The notes below the pieces were generated by a model. That model had not been told where the DNA came from and did not search any database. It saw nothing but the letters and a program-made list of their open reading frames with translations. Below are positions 9,010 through 19,371 of a stretch of 64,000 bases of DNA, in pieces. Position numbers and translations under genes: made by a program. How positions within the stretch are numbered: the stretch's first letter is position 1; every line of letters begins with the position of its first letter. Source of the DNA: Myxococcota bacterium (lineage in GTDB: Bacteria; Myxococcota_A; SURF-8); the NCBI GenBank assembly GCA_963674735.2, contig CAXXQS010000001.1, forward strand, positions 1,856,001 through 1,920,000, in the 5' to 3' direction.

Positions 9010-12000
9010 ATGCTTAATTCAAAATACGGATCTGTCTTTCGTCCGGCACTTACCACCTTGCTTCTAACCATCCTGTGCATAAGTTGCAGTGGGAAAGGCG
9101 GAAGTTGGTTCGGTCCCGATACCGTTCTCGACGATTTCACGCTGAAACCGTTCGAAACCGAAATGGGTCACCCCGTGGAACTGACCCGCTTCACCACCGA
9201 CGAAATGGGCGGGCATCTCAGTCCGGACGGACTGTTTCTTGTATACACCAGCAATCAAAAAGGAAATCTGGACATCTGGCTGAAAGACCTCACGACCGGT
9301 ATTCCCGAACAACTAACCGAACATGTGGCCGTCGATACACAACCGACGTTCAGCCCGGACGGCGAAAGTATTGCTTTCATTTCCATGCGTGACGACGTAA
9401 AGGGCGATCTCTACCTGATGGAAATCGGCGACGACCCGATAGCACTTACCGACCGCCAGACCGCCGACGCTTATCCCGTCTTTCACCCGGATGGCGAAAG
9501 CATCATCTTGGCATCCGGGCCGGAAGGTAAAACCCGCATTGTCCAGTTGTTCCTGGACCCGGAAGATCCCGCCAAGCGCATCCGCACTCTAACCGATCCA
9601 GGCGCGACCCAGCCCGCCGTGAGTCCGGATGGAAAGTACCTGGCCTACATCCTGCGCGGGAAAGATCGTATCAACCGGCTCGTCATCCAGCGTTTGTGGG
9701 ATAAACGCAAGCGGATCGTGACCCCGTCAGGCTATCACTGCGGTTTCCCAAGCTTTTCACCCGACGGAAAAAACCTGTATTTCGTCCAGTTCTACTACGC
9801 ACACCCCGACCAGCCGCTCTCGGGCAGCGAAAACGGCGTGATTTTCAGTATTCCTCTCAAGGAAGCCCTGCACGCCTCCGGCGACCGCCTGGTCACCCAA
9901 ACTCATCAAGTCAGTTCGGGGTGTCATACCCATCTATTTCTACAAGCGCATCCCTCGGGTTTGCTCTATACCACTGAAGAAAACGGTAACTTAGATATCT
10001 GGATGGAGTCGTTTGACGGCCGCATCCCGGAATTCGAAACTCCTGAGAAACAACTCGCGTTCGCCTTGGAACTGGAAAATGACTACGACCGCCTGCTCGC
10101 CTTCGAACGACTCAAGCGCTTCCCCGATTCGCTGGAGTATCGGCAAGCCCTTTATAAAAGCGCACAGTTGGAAAACAGGCGAGGTTGGTATTTCAAGCAA
10201 AAACATCACCTGCAAACTTTGCTCGATTTGCCGGATTCCTCGTCCGTCTGGCAAGGTCTCGCCGACGTCGATATGGCGGTGTGGGAAGCCGAAAAGACCC
10301 AAGGTCTGGCCGTTGAAACCGGTATCCGGCTGTCACCTGAAACGGTTCGCACCGCGCTTGAAAAACTGGAGCAACTAGCCGTAGCCGAACAAGCAAACGA
10401 AGGTCGAGTATCCGCCTATATAGCCTTGCGTCGTGGCGACATGCTGCGCCTGATCGATCGCAAACTGGAAGCCATGGCGGCCTATGAACGCGTGCTGCAA
10501 GGATTCCCGCGCCAGCGTGAAGAAGGGGTCCAGGCCAAAATCCGGTTGGGAGAAGTTCTCAGTCGCTTGGAAACGCACGATCTGCAGGTTGGTTACTACC
10601 TCACGGTTTTCGAAAAGTACCCCGAGTTCGAAAAATGGCAACGGCAGACGATCGAAAACATCGTCGACGAACTTCGGCGCGACCTCAAGCGCCAACCCAC
10701 CATCGAAAACCTGCTGAATCCACCGGAATTCGGTGAAAACCGCAAACGGATCCCCGAAGCCCAGCGACAGGAGCAAATTGCAAAAGGGAAATTCCTACTT
10801 GAAGAACACCTGGTAGACCGTCTGCGGCAGGTCATCGACTCGAATCCGGATAAAGCCCTTTTAGGGGCCGTCCTGCAACTGCGCGTCGGCGAAATCTACG
10901 CCAAACACCAACGCCTCGATCTGGCGATCCGCGCCATGAAACGTCTTCTGGATCATTATCCGGATCAACTCGCAGAGGTCACCACCGCCACATTCGCCCT
11001 CGGCCGTCACTCTCTTGAACTTTCCAAGCAGTTGCGCGCCCAGAAGCGCTTCACTGAGGCGGGCAGGTACTACGATGATGCTCTCAGTTATTTCGAGAAT
11101 CTCACGAAAGTTCTTCCGCCCAACCATGAAATGCATCGCCGGGCACAACAACAATTCATCGCCCTGGCTTTGTTGAAAGCCGCTCAGGAAGAGCAGGACG
11201 GCGATATCGAGTTGGCGAAAGCCAGCTACACGCGCATTCTCGCCTTCGACCCCAATGTGGTGCAAGCCCATCGCAAATTGATCGCTTACGGCGTCAAAGA
11301 AGGCCGTTACGACGAATTGGAAGATCGCTACGATGACTTGGTTGATGCCGACGAATCGAGCTTTATCGGGCACTACGGCCTTGGTTATCTCATTACCTTC
11401 CGCGAAGATTTGAGCAAAGGCGACCTAAAAAAAGCCGAGAAAGAACTCCTGTACGCCCTCGGCCTCAATTCACAAAGCCCTTATGTACACATGACGCTCG
11501 GCTGGGTCTACGAAATGCGCGAATTGTATCTGGGCGACTTCACTTCCGGCTGGATCGAAGAAGCCATCGACAGTTACGACAAGGCCTATCGCCTCAACGA
11601 TCGTGGCTCCGATTTGCAAACCGAAGCGGATCTTCTTCTGAATCTGGGAAACGGTTTCTCGCAGTTGGGTAACGCCTGGCATTATGCTCATCGTTTCTAC
11701 ACGGATCGGACTGAGTTGAATGTCGCGTTTCTGAGCGTGAAACGCGAGGCGCTTTACTATCGCAGCTTCGGACGCGCCGCGTTCAATCTAAAGCGCTTTG
11801 AGGAGGCATCCAGTCATTTCGAGCGTTCACTCGAACTGGCTCGCCGCCTCTATTGGGTCGATTTAGAAGCCGAGTTGATTGCCCGGCTGGCTTTGAACTA
11901 TCAGCAACAAGGGGATTACGACACCTCCACCGCCTATTTCGAAAAATCGTTGAAGATCTTCGAATCGGTCAATCAGAAAAATGCACTCGCGGCCCTCAAA

Positions 12001-15000
12001 CGGTCCATCGCCTTGAATTATCTCATGAAAGGCGAACGGAAAACCGCAATGAAAATGTTGGATGAAAGTCTGGAATCGCTGAACCGCCACGGGACACGTT
12101 CTCCGGGCGACTTCATCCGTTTGGCGTTGGCTCCCGATCGCTCTCTAGCCCCACGAGGTTTCGACAAACAACGGGAAGAAGAAGTCAACAATTCCTTGCG
12201 CAATCTGATCCTGGAAGACATGCAGCGGTTTAGCCAGGCGGCAGATCCCCTGCAAAAAAAGCTAGACACGCTGGAAACGATACTCGAAGAAAACGACGGA
12301 ACTTATCCCGATCTGCAGCGAGAGATTTCAACCATCCAGAATCGACAAGCACGTGCCCGCTTCGGCCGTGGAGAATCCATTGAAGCTCTGGATGCCTTCA
12401 AACAAGCCTACCTGCAGCTTGAGCGCATTCAATCCACCGAGCTCGATCCCGAGAGTCCGCAAATCCTGGCCGCCGATACCCCCGAAAAGCTCGACCCGCT
12501 TTTAGCCGAAGCCAGCGATGGTCAGATGATGTACGTCTTCTCGTCGACCGACTTCGAACGGCAGGTCATCAACGCCGTCTCGGCTGCCGAGTTGGTCTTG
12601 CGTCAGATCGCGGAAGAGCGCCCGGCATTGGAGCGCCGCATCCCGGAACTTGTCACACGCCTCGACCGCATGGCGGCTCGTCTGGCAGCAGCCATGCCGG
12701 AAGGTTCCGAGCCGGTAATCCGCCGTGATCTGCTATGGCGCTTTTATAACGCCTTGGGCTTGTTGTCTATGCGCTACGCCGCAAACATCGCAAACGCCCC
12801 CATACTCCCCGGGATGGACGCGGAAACGACGTTCAAACGCATGATGATCGAAGCCGAACACTTCACCAAAGGCTACCATCTGCTGCGACGCATTATAGAA
12901 GAAACCCCCCCGCCGGAAACGCTTGAAGATGCCGAACGGCCCGAGGATGGTGTTCCGTCCTTGATGCGCATCCGCAGCCATGTCCAGGCGCTGGTAAATC
13001 TATCCGAATTCCTTGCCTATTTCGAGGAATCCGGCAACTTGCAAAACCCCGAAACTCGCTCATCCCAAGCTCTCGCACAGGCACTGGACATCTGCCAAAA
13101 ATACGAACTGGGCGAGATTTGCCTAAATGCCCGCATGATCCAGGCGGAACGAAATCGGGACATCAAAGAGGCGGATAGAATCATCAACGCATACCTGCTT
13201 CTACCCGCCGATCTTCTCGGTGATGCCTACAAAAAGGTTTCCGACCCCGCCCGGCGTCGCATTTTTTCAGGCGCGATCGAGTTAGCACTTGAAGCCGATG
13301 ATTACGTCAAAACATGGACTTACGCCGAGCAGGAAAACAGACGCCTGATTCAGGACGAGATCTTCCGAACCCGTTATGGTGCGGCTGCACCCGAGCTTCG
13401 GAAAGCCCTCTCCGACATGGCAGCTATCGCGACATCTTATAGACAGCAGGTGGAGGGGCAATCTTTCTATGAAGCGGATGAAGCACGCCAAATCCGTCTG
13501 AAGAATATCCTTGATTTGAGAAAGGCTTACACCACCGCTTTTTCGAAATTACATGGTCTCTCTCCACGCTTCTATCGCCTCATGACGATCGGTAAGATCG
13601 ACGTTAACGGATCCAAAGACTTGTTGCGCAAAGGCGAATCTATTGTCTCCGTCCTGACGCACCGCGACCGCGTCCATCTGCTGCGGCTCGATTCAGACGG
13701 CGTGTCGGGGCGCCTACTGAAAATGCGACATCATGTCGTGAACCGCCATATCGATCGCTATCTTGATTTCGCCAACCCAGACGCGGATATCCGGAACAAA
13801 GCTCGGACCAAACTTCAGGCTGGACTCGTCAACGAACTATCCGAATTGATCCAGACACAACACCTGCTCTACCTGGATATCGACCGCCTCAATCCACGTC
13901 TTCCCATTCAATCACTGTTGCACCGGGTTGGCCGCAAAAACCTCCAGATCGTCAAGTTCGCCTCCTTGATGGGCTTGCACGAAAGTTATGAAAATCGAAA
14001 TCTTTACAAAAACAGCGGTCTGGTGACACTCGATGTCGTCAACGGCTATCGGGCTTCAGCCGCCCAAACATTGAAAGCCACCGCAAAGGCGACAAAAGGC
14101 TGGGAATTCGCGGTTACTCCGCAATTGACACTCGCCCAGACTATGCCGGTCATTGAGAAAAGCGGCATTATGTTCCTCAACCAACCCCTGGTTTTCGAGG
14201 GACAATCACCCGCCAATATTTGGCTGGATTTCCAGCCGGTGGCACTGGGGATGGGTCATTACTCGTTTGTCGAGAATCTCGATGGTTTGTGGCGTAGCAA
14301 TCTCGTGGTTTTCACCGATATTCGTCATACGAAACGAATCCGGGAAGAACGCCTACTGCTCGAACACTTCATGAATGCCTACCGCGTACCGGGTTTTGCT
14401 GTTTTGGACGCTGAGTTGGCCCCGACTCCCGCCATGGCTCTATGGTTCCAGAACGCGGCCGGTTTATGGCAGAATCATTCACGGGCGGAGGCCCATCATC
14501 TGGCCATATCCAAAACCCAGTTCCAAGCACCTTTCATCCTCGGCGACGGCATCCAGCTTTATGGTTATGCAGGCATGAACGCTGAGCAGGCGATGACCTA
14601 TGCAAAGCAATCCCTGATGCCGACCGTCAAACGGGCCATCGATTTGCAAAAATCGGGTTCCTCGCGTGCCGCCGTCGAACTGTACGAACAGGCTCTGACG
14701 TTCATTGATCACAGTGGCGAGGCGAAGTTCCTCGATAAAGTCCTCGACATGCTGATTTCGCAGTCGGCCAAAATCCAAGATTTCGAACGCGCCATCCGCT
14801 ATCAGAACCGTGTGCTCGAACGTGCGCAGACCGCGTTTGAAGCCGATCCGAAACAGATAGTGGCGCTACTCAACGCCAAAGAGAAACTCGCGGACTATCA
14901 TGCTCAGGCAAAGCAATATCCAATCGCACTGCGTTACAATCAAGAGATTCTCGACACCTTGCTAAAAGCGAGTCGCCGCAGCCTTTGCGCCCCTTATTAC

Positions 15001-17562
15001 AACCAGCGCGGACGTATCAATGAATTTGCCGGCAACTCAAATGAGGCTCTTGCCAACTACGAAACCGCCTATCACATCTATACGGACGCAAAGAATTCCA
15101 AAGGCCGTATCGAACAGGCGACGAATGCCGCTCGGGTGCTGCGCCTGCGTTTGTCGGATTACCGCCGCGCCAAACAATATCTCACCACCGCTCTCAGTTT
15201 GTCGGCCAACGCCGCCCCTCTCAACCGTCTACGCCTGGAACTGGAGCTGGCACGCGTCGAGCAGGCTCAAGGCAATTACCAGACGACCGTCGACCTGACC
15301 CGCAAGCTGGTAAGCGCCACAGAATCGATGAGCGCTCAATTCATGCAACAAGCACGCGGCGTCGCGAAGAATGCCAAACTGAAACCCGATGCCAAACGCG
15401 ATCAACTGATATCACTGAAAAGCCAAATGGATCTGGCAGACAATTTGCGGATCCAAGCTTACCTCGATTGGGTCAACACCCTCTGGCTGCAGGGCGATTA
15501 CGCTCAGGCGTTGTCTTTGCAAAAAGAAGGCTCCGATCTGGCAATCAAAAAGAAAAACCGCCGTTTCCTCATCATGTTCAACAATGTAAAAGGGCTCATC
15601 TACGCCGACCTGGGGAACACCGAGGAAGCCGTTGAAAGTTTGAATGTGTCGCTGGCCATCGCCCGCGAACTCGGCGATCGCGGTGAGCAGGCCAACACAT
15701 ACAACAACCTCGGATCGGCTTACCGCAAGGCAGGCCGTTTTTCCGAAGCTCGCAAGGCGTTTATGGAAGCTATGCGCATCGACCGCAGCATGGCCTTCAA
15801 ACTGGGACTGGCTTACGATTACGCCAACCTCGGCCTCGTACTGGAAAACTTGCAGAAGTTTTCCGAAGCCATCGACAACTTGGAACGCGCCATCGCGATT
15901 TCACGCGAGATCGACAATCCCTTTAATGAAGTGAAATCACTTTTAGCGTTAGGCCGTATTTTCATTGCACGAAAAAAACCGGCGAAAGCAAAGACCTTTC
16001 TTGAAGAGGGCTTGAAAATATCGGAAAAATTGAGTTTGGCCGACTGGGACTGGAAGTTCCATCTCCATTTGGGGCGTCTGGATATGGCTCAAAACGAAAT
16101 CGAATCCGCCCTGGATCACTTCCGTGCAGGTATCGCTACCATCGAACCGCAACCGGCCAGTGTCCGAGCGGCCGCAACCGGCTTGTCGCTTGAAGAAACC
16201 AAGTCCGATCTATACGACGCGGCACTGTCCGCCCTGGCCCGTCTCAACCGTCCGCAGGAAGCATTCCATCTCGCCGAGCGCTACCGTTCCCGCGCCTATC
16301 TCGATCTGGTCGGTGCCGCGAGACCCACATTCGCCAAGGCCGGTGCAGCCGAGTTGCTTTCGCAAGAAATGAATCTGCGGAACGAACTCCGTTCAGCTAC
16401 CAGCGCTCTGCACAAAGCACCCGAATCCGAGAGAGATCGTGCAAAAGCCGACTTGGACACCATGCGCAGCCGCTACGATCAGGTGCTGGTCGATTTGGCG
16501 GCTATCGACCCGGAATTACCCAGCTATGTAACGGTCGACGCCCTTCCCTACTCGCAATTGGCGACCAAGCTCCCTGAAAATGCCGCCGTCCTCAGCTATT
16601 ATCAAACCAACGACCAACTCCTGATCTGGGTCGCCACCCGCACGGACCTTCATTTCGCGACCATACCGATTTCTCGGGAAAACATGGAAAAGAAAGTCGG
16701 TCTGTTCCGTGAAGCCATCGCCCACTTCCACGACACGACTCAAAGCGGAAACGACCTCTACCGAGACGTGATCGATCCCATCATCGAGAAAATCCAGGGA
16801 CAAACAAAGCTGGTGATCGTCCCCCATGGATCGTTGCATTTCATTCCCTTCGCCGCACTTGAACACGAAGATAAATTATTGGCCGATCGGTTTTCCATCC
16901 AATATCTGTCCAGCGTCAACCAATTCCGCTACCTGCGGGAGGGTCCGGCGCTGCCGACCCAAGCACAGCCCTCACGACTCGCCATGGGATGGCCCGTGGA
17001 AGACGGATTTAATGAATTGGGACGCTTGCCGTTTACCCGGCACGAACTGGACGCCTATCGCCAAACCTATCCCCGGGCAACCGTCCTAACCGCCGAAAAA
17101 GCGAGCGAAAAAGCCTTTAAAGCCAAGGCCTCCCAGGCGTCCGTTCTCCATTTGGCGACTCACACGGATTACAACATGATGAACCCACTCGACACTGCGT
17201 TAACCCTGACGGCTGGGGACAAAGAAGATGGTCGGTTGACATTGCACGAGATTCTGGCAATGGGACTCAAAGCCGACCTGGTATCCCTTTCAGCCTGCAA
17301 TACGGCCCTTGGACCCATCACTCAGGGGGATGATATCGTCGGCCTCAATCGGGCTTTCCTCAGCGCAGGGGCCAGGCGTGTTCTCTCCAGCTTATGGCGG
17401 GTTTCCGATCTCGAAACGGCCGTCCTGATGAAACGGTTCTTCCGACACCTGAAAACGCTCCCGCCCGCCGAGGCACTCCAGGCCGCCCAGCACGATGTCC
17501 GCAAACGCTACCCCCATCCGGCTTATTGGGCCGGTTTCAAACTGGAGGGTCGTTTGGATTGA
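9010..17562 (+). CDS. Giant lipoprotein: PD40/TolB-like propeller + TPRs + degenerate CHAT + TPRs + CHAT (caspase-like peptidase)
   Basis: Repeated P-x-FSPDG (PD40) motifs in aa ~60-270; many TPRs; C-terminal CHAT with IVPHGSLHFIPFAAL, HLATH, LSAC, SSLWRVSD, HPAYWAGF; CISC lipobox-like site. Confidence 0.88.
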   Translation: MLNSKYGSVFRPALTTLLLTILCISCSGKGGSWFGPDTVLDDFTLKPFETEMGHPVELTRFTTDEMGGHLSPDGLFLVYTSNQKGNLDIWLKDLTTGIPEQLTEHVAVDTQPTFSPDGESIAFISMRDDVKGDLYLMEIGDDPIALTDRQTADAYPVFHPDGESIILASGPEGKTRIVQLFLDPEDPAKRIRTLTDPGATQPAVSPDGKYLAYILRGKDRINRLVIQRLWDKRKRIVTPSGYHCGFPSFSPDGKNLYFVQFYYAHPDQPLSGSENGVIFSIPLKEALHASGDRLVTQTHQVSSGCHTHLFLQAHPSGLLYTTEENGNLDIWMESFDGRIPEFETPEKQLAFALELENDYDRLLAFERLKRFPDSLEYRQALYKSAQLENRRGWYFKQKHHLQTLLDLPDSSSVWQGLADVDMAVWEAEKTQGLAVETGIRLSPETVRTALEKLEQLAVAEQANEGRVSAYIALRRGDMLRLIDRKLEAMAAYERVLQGFPRQREEGVQAKIRLGEVLSRLETHDLQVGYYLTVFEKYPEFEKWQRQTIENIVDELRRDLKRQPTIENLLNPPEFGENRKRIPEAQRQEQIAKGKFLLEEHLVDRLRQVIDSNPDKALLGAVLQLRVGEIYAKHQRLDLAIRAMKRLLDHYPDQLAEVTTATFALGRHSLELSKQLRAQKRFTEAGRYYDDALSYFENLTKVLPPNHEMHRRAQQQFIALALLKAAQEEQDGDIELAKASYTRILAFDPNVVQAHRKLIAYGVKEGRYDELEDRYDDLVDADESSFIGHYGLGYLITFREDLSKGDLKKAEKELLYALGLNSQSPYVHMTLGWVYEMRELYLGDFTSGWIEEAIDSYDKAYRLNDRGSDLQTEADLLLNLGNGFSQLGNAWHYAHRFYTDRTELNVAFLSVKREALYYRSFGRAAFNLKRFEEASSHFERSLELARRLYWVDLEAELIARLALNYQQQGDYDTSTAYFEKSLKIFESVNQKNALAALKRSIALNYLMKGERKTAMKMLDESLESLNRHGTRSPGDFIRLALAPDRSLAPRGFDKQREEEVNNSLRNLILEDMQRFSQAADPLQKKLDTLETILEENDGTYPDLQREISTIQNRQARARFGRGESIEALDAFKQAYLQLERIQSTELDPESPQILAADTPEKLDPLLAEASDGQMMYVFSSTDFERQVINAVSAAELVLRQIAEERPALERRIPELVTRLDRMAARLAAAMPEGSEPVIRRDLLWRFYNALGLLSMRYAANIANAPILPGMDAETTFKRMMIEAEHFTKGYHLLRRIIEETPPPETLEDAERPEDGVPSLMRIRSHVQALVNLSEFLAYFEESGNLQNPETRSSQALAQALDICQKYELGEICLNARMIQAERNRDIKEADRIINAYLLLPADLLGDAYKKVSDPARRRIFSGAIELALEADDYVKTWTYAEQENRRLIQDEIFRTRYGAAAPELRKALSDMAAIATSYRQQVEGQSFYEADEARQIRLKNILDLRKAYTTAFSKLHGLSPRFYRLMTIGKIDVNGSKDLLRKGESIVSVLTHRDRVHLLRLDSDGVSGRLLKMRHHVVNRHIDRYLDFANPDADIRNKARTKLQAGLVNELSELIQTQHLLYLDIDRLNPRLPIQSLLHRVGRKNLQIVKFASLMGLHESYENRNLYKNSGLVTLDVVNGYRASAAQTLKATAKATKGWEFAVTPQLTLAQTMPVIEKSGIMFLNQPLVFEGQSPANIWLDFQPVALGMGHYSFVENLDGLWRSNLVVFTDIRHTKRIREERLLLEHFMNAYRVPGFAVLDAELAPTPAMALWFQNAAGLWQNHSRAEAHHLAISKTQFQAPFILGDGIQLYGYAGMNAEQAMTYAKQSLMPTVKRAIDLQKSGSSRAAVELYEQALTFIDHSGEAKFLDKVLDMLISQSAKIQDFERAIRYQNRVLERAQTAFEADPKQIVALLNAKEKLADYHAQAKQYPIALRYNQEILDTLLKASRRSLCAPYYNQRGRINEFAGNSNEALANYETAYHIYTDAKNSKGRIEQATNAARVLRLRLSDYRRAKQYLTTALSLSANAAPLNRLRLELELARVEQAQGNYQTTVDLTRKLVSATESMSAQFMQQARGVAKNAKLKPDAKRDQLISLKSQMDLADNLRIQAYLDWVNTLWLQGDYAQALSLQKEGSDLAIKKKNRRFLIMFNNVKGLIYADLGNTEEAVESLNVSLAIARELGDRGEQANTYNNLGSAYRKAGRFSEARKAFMEAMRIDRSMAFKLGLAYDYANLGLVLENLQKFSEAIDNLERAIAISREIDNPFNEVKSLLALGRIFIARKKPAKAKTFLEEGLKISEKLSLADWDWKFHLHLGRLDMAQNEIESALDHFRAGIATIEPQPASVRAAATGLSLEETKSDLYDAALSALARLNRPQEAFHLAERYRSRAYLDLVGAARPTFAKAGAAELLSQEMNLRNELRSATSALHKAPESERDRAKADLDTMRSRYDQVLVDLAAIDPELPSYVTVDALPYSQLATKLPENAAVLSYYQTNDQLLIWVATRTDLHFATIPISRENMEKKVGLFREAIAHFHDTTQSGNDLYRDVIDPIIEKIQGQTKLVIVPHGSLHFIPFAALEHEDKLLADRFSIQYLSSVNQFRYLREGPALPTQAQPSRLAMGWPVEDGFNELGRLPFTRHELDAYRQTYPRATVLTAEKASEKAFKAKASQASVLHLATHTDYNMMNPLDTALTLTAGDKEDGRLTLHEILAMGLKADLVSLSACNTALGPITQGDDIVGLNRAFLSAGARRVLSSLWRVSDLETAVLMKRFFRHLKTLPPAEALQAAQHDVRKRYPHPAYWAGFKLEGRLD

Positions 17563-17583
17563 TTTTTTCAGAATGGCAGAGGT

Positions 17584-19365
17584 TTAGGATTCGCCGAACT
17601 CGCTCCACCCAAAGCGGCTAACGTATTCGCTCCAGACGCCTTCGCAGCCTTCACGCAGACGGCAAGCTTCGCAAGGTGGACCGTAAGTCTTGTCGCGATC
17701 CACCCGCATTTCCCACAGCAGTCCCGAACGCTGGTCCATGGTTCGGATCGTCGAACGGGTTCCCAAGGCTACGGCGGCATCCTGCATCAGACACGGCGGC
17801 AAGCTATCAACCAGGATGTCCACATCATCCAAACAGCCCTCGGCGCTCAACCGCGCAAAGATTTCCTCCAGGGAAGCCGCCACTTCACTGTAACGGGGCA
17901 CCAGCTGTTGAAAATTCTTCAGGGCATTTCCTTTAGGTTCGATGACCCCCAAACCAATCCAGCTGAAATCGTGCCGAATAAACCAACGAATCAGCGAATC
18001 CAACGTGGGAAGGTTGAGCCGATTGATCACCGCTAAAGCCACGGTTTGGATCGGATAGGCGGTTTTCAGGCGATTCAGGTTGTCGATAGCCTTTTGGACA
18101 TCCCGAAAGCTTCCCTCACGCCGCGTCAAACGGTCATGCATGGCGGCGTCGGGACCATGGATCGAGAGCCGGAATTCACTCACACCGTGCTGAATCAGAC
18201 GTTCGCAGGCGGAATACTCGATCAAGCCCGATCCGTTACTTGTCAACGTGACACGCATCGCTCCATAGCGCTTGGCCAAATCGATGTAATCGATCAGAGC
18301 CGGGCTCGTCGTCGGCTCCCCGTAGGATAGAAAAACCCATTCCGGCCGCCTGGCTGCCAACAGCTTTTCGGCTTCTTTCAGGCTCATCGGCTGCCGTGAA
18401 CCCTGCCCCACTTCGTTGCAGAAAATGCAGTTGTTGTTGCAGTGCGTCCCGATGAGCAAAGCCGTGTCAGTTGTCGTATGACACGAAGATGACTCGCCCT
18501 TCCCTTCCTGCACGACGGGTTCGAGTTCATCCGTCCCGTAACGTTCCACATAACGGGTCCAGAGTCCATCACACAACGAATCCCACCTGCAAAGGGAACA
18601 AACAGATCCTTTTTCTTTCTGATGGTGGGGCTTGAACGGCCGTTTTTTCTGAATATCCGTATACTTATCCGCAAATCGCTCATGCTTTTTCAAAAAGCAT
18701 AAGGGAATCCCGCATACGTCCGGGACATGCATATCGAGCCCCAGTTGCTCGCCCACCAATAACGCTTTCTGCAATTCGTCTTGAATGGAGGAAATACGCG
18801 GAATGACCTTCGGATGATTCCAGGCATCGTGGAACGGATTCACGAAACTGAACACGACTTCCAGCCCCGAACCGAAACGTTCCCGCACAAAGCGGACATA
18901 TTCGACGAGTCGCTTGCGGTTCGCTTGGCAAATCACGCAATTTACGGCAACCGTCACTCCCGCATTCAGCAGGTTTTCAATACCGCGAACCGTCAAATCG
19001 AAACTGCCGGGCGTGCGCGTGATGGCGTCGGACAAACGAGCATTGGGCGCATGCAAGGAAACAAAGACCTGGGTCAACCCCGCTTTGACCAGAGTCTCGA
19101 CAACTCGGGGTTGCGCACAACGCATGGCGTTTGTCTGGAGACTGATCCGCCGCTTCCGGCTGCGGGCAAAGGCCAGAATCTTGAGTAAAACCGGCGACAG
19201 AGTGGGTTCGCCACCGGATATCTCAATGATATCTTCCGGCGCGCTTTCGGCGATCTGTCGAAACAGCTCCCCCTCGTCGAGAACGAAATCCTGCTCGTTT
19301 CTTGGATCGACCCCGCAAAACAGGCAGTGCTGGTTGCATTGTTTGACAATCCGAATCAGGGGCAT
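17584..19365 (-). CDS. Tandem two-domain radical SAM protein
   Basis: Two CxxxCxxC motifs (CNQHCLFC, CNNNCIFC), GGEPT/YGEPT, and two C-terminal Cx2Cx5CxG auxiliary motifs. Confidence 0.9.
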   Translation of the reverse strand: MPLIRIVKQCNQHCLFCGVDPRNEQDFVLDEGELFRQIAESAPEDIIEISGGEPTLSPVLLKILAFARSRKRRISLQTNAMRCAQPRVVETLVKAGLTQVFVSLHAPNARLSDAITRTPGSFDLTVRGIENLLNAGVTVAVNCVICQANRKRLVEYVRFVRERFGSGLEVVFSFVNPFHDAWNHPKVIPRISSIQDELQKALLVGEQLGLDMHVPDVCGIPLCFLKKHERFADKYTDIQKKRPFKPHHQKEKGSVCSLCRWDSLCDGLWTRYVERYGTDELEPVVQEGKGESSSCHTTTDTALLIGTHCNNNCIFCNEVGQGSRQPMSLKEAEKLLAARRPEWVFLSYGEPTTSPALIDYIDLAKRYGAMRVTLTSNGSGLIEYSACERLIQHGVSEFRLSIHGPDAAMHDRLTRREGSFRDVQKAIDNLNRLKTAYPIQTVALAVINRLNLPTLDSLIRWFIRHDFSWIGLGVIEPKGNALKNFQQLVPRYSEVAASLEEIFARLSAEGCLDDVDILVDSLPPCLMQDAAVALGTRSTIRTMDQRSGLLWEMRVDRDKTYGPPCEACRLREGCEGVWSEYVSRFGWSEFGES

Positions 19366-19371
19366 AGGACC

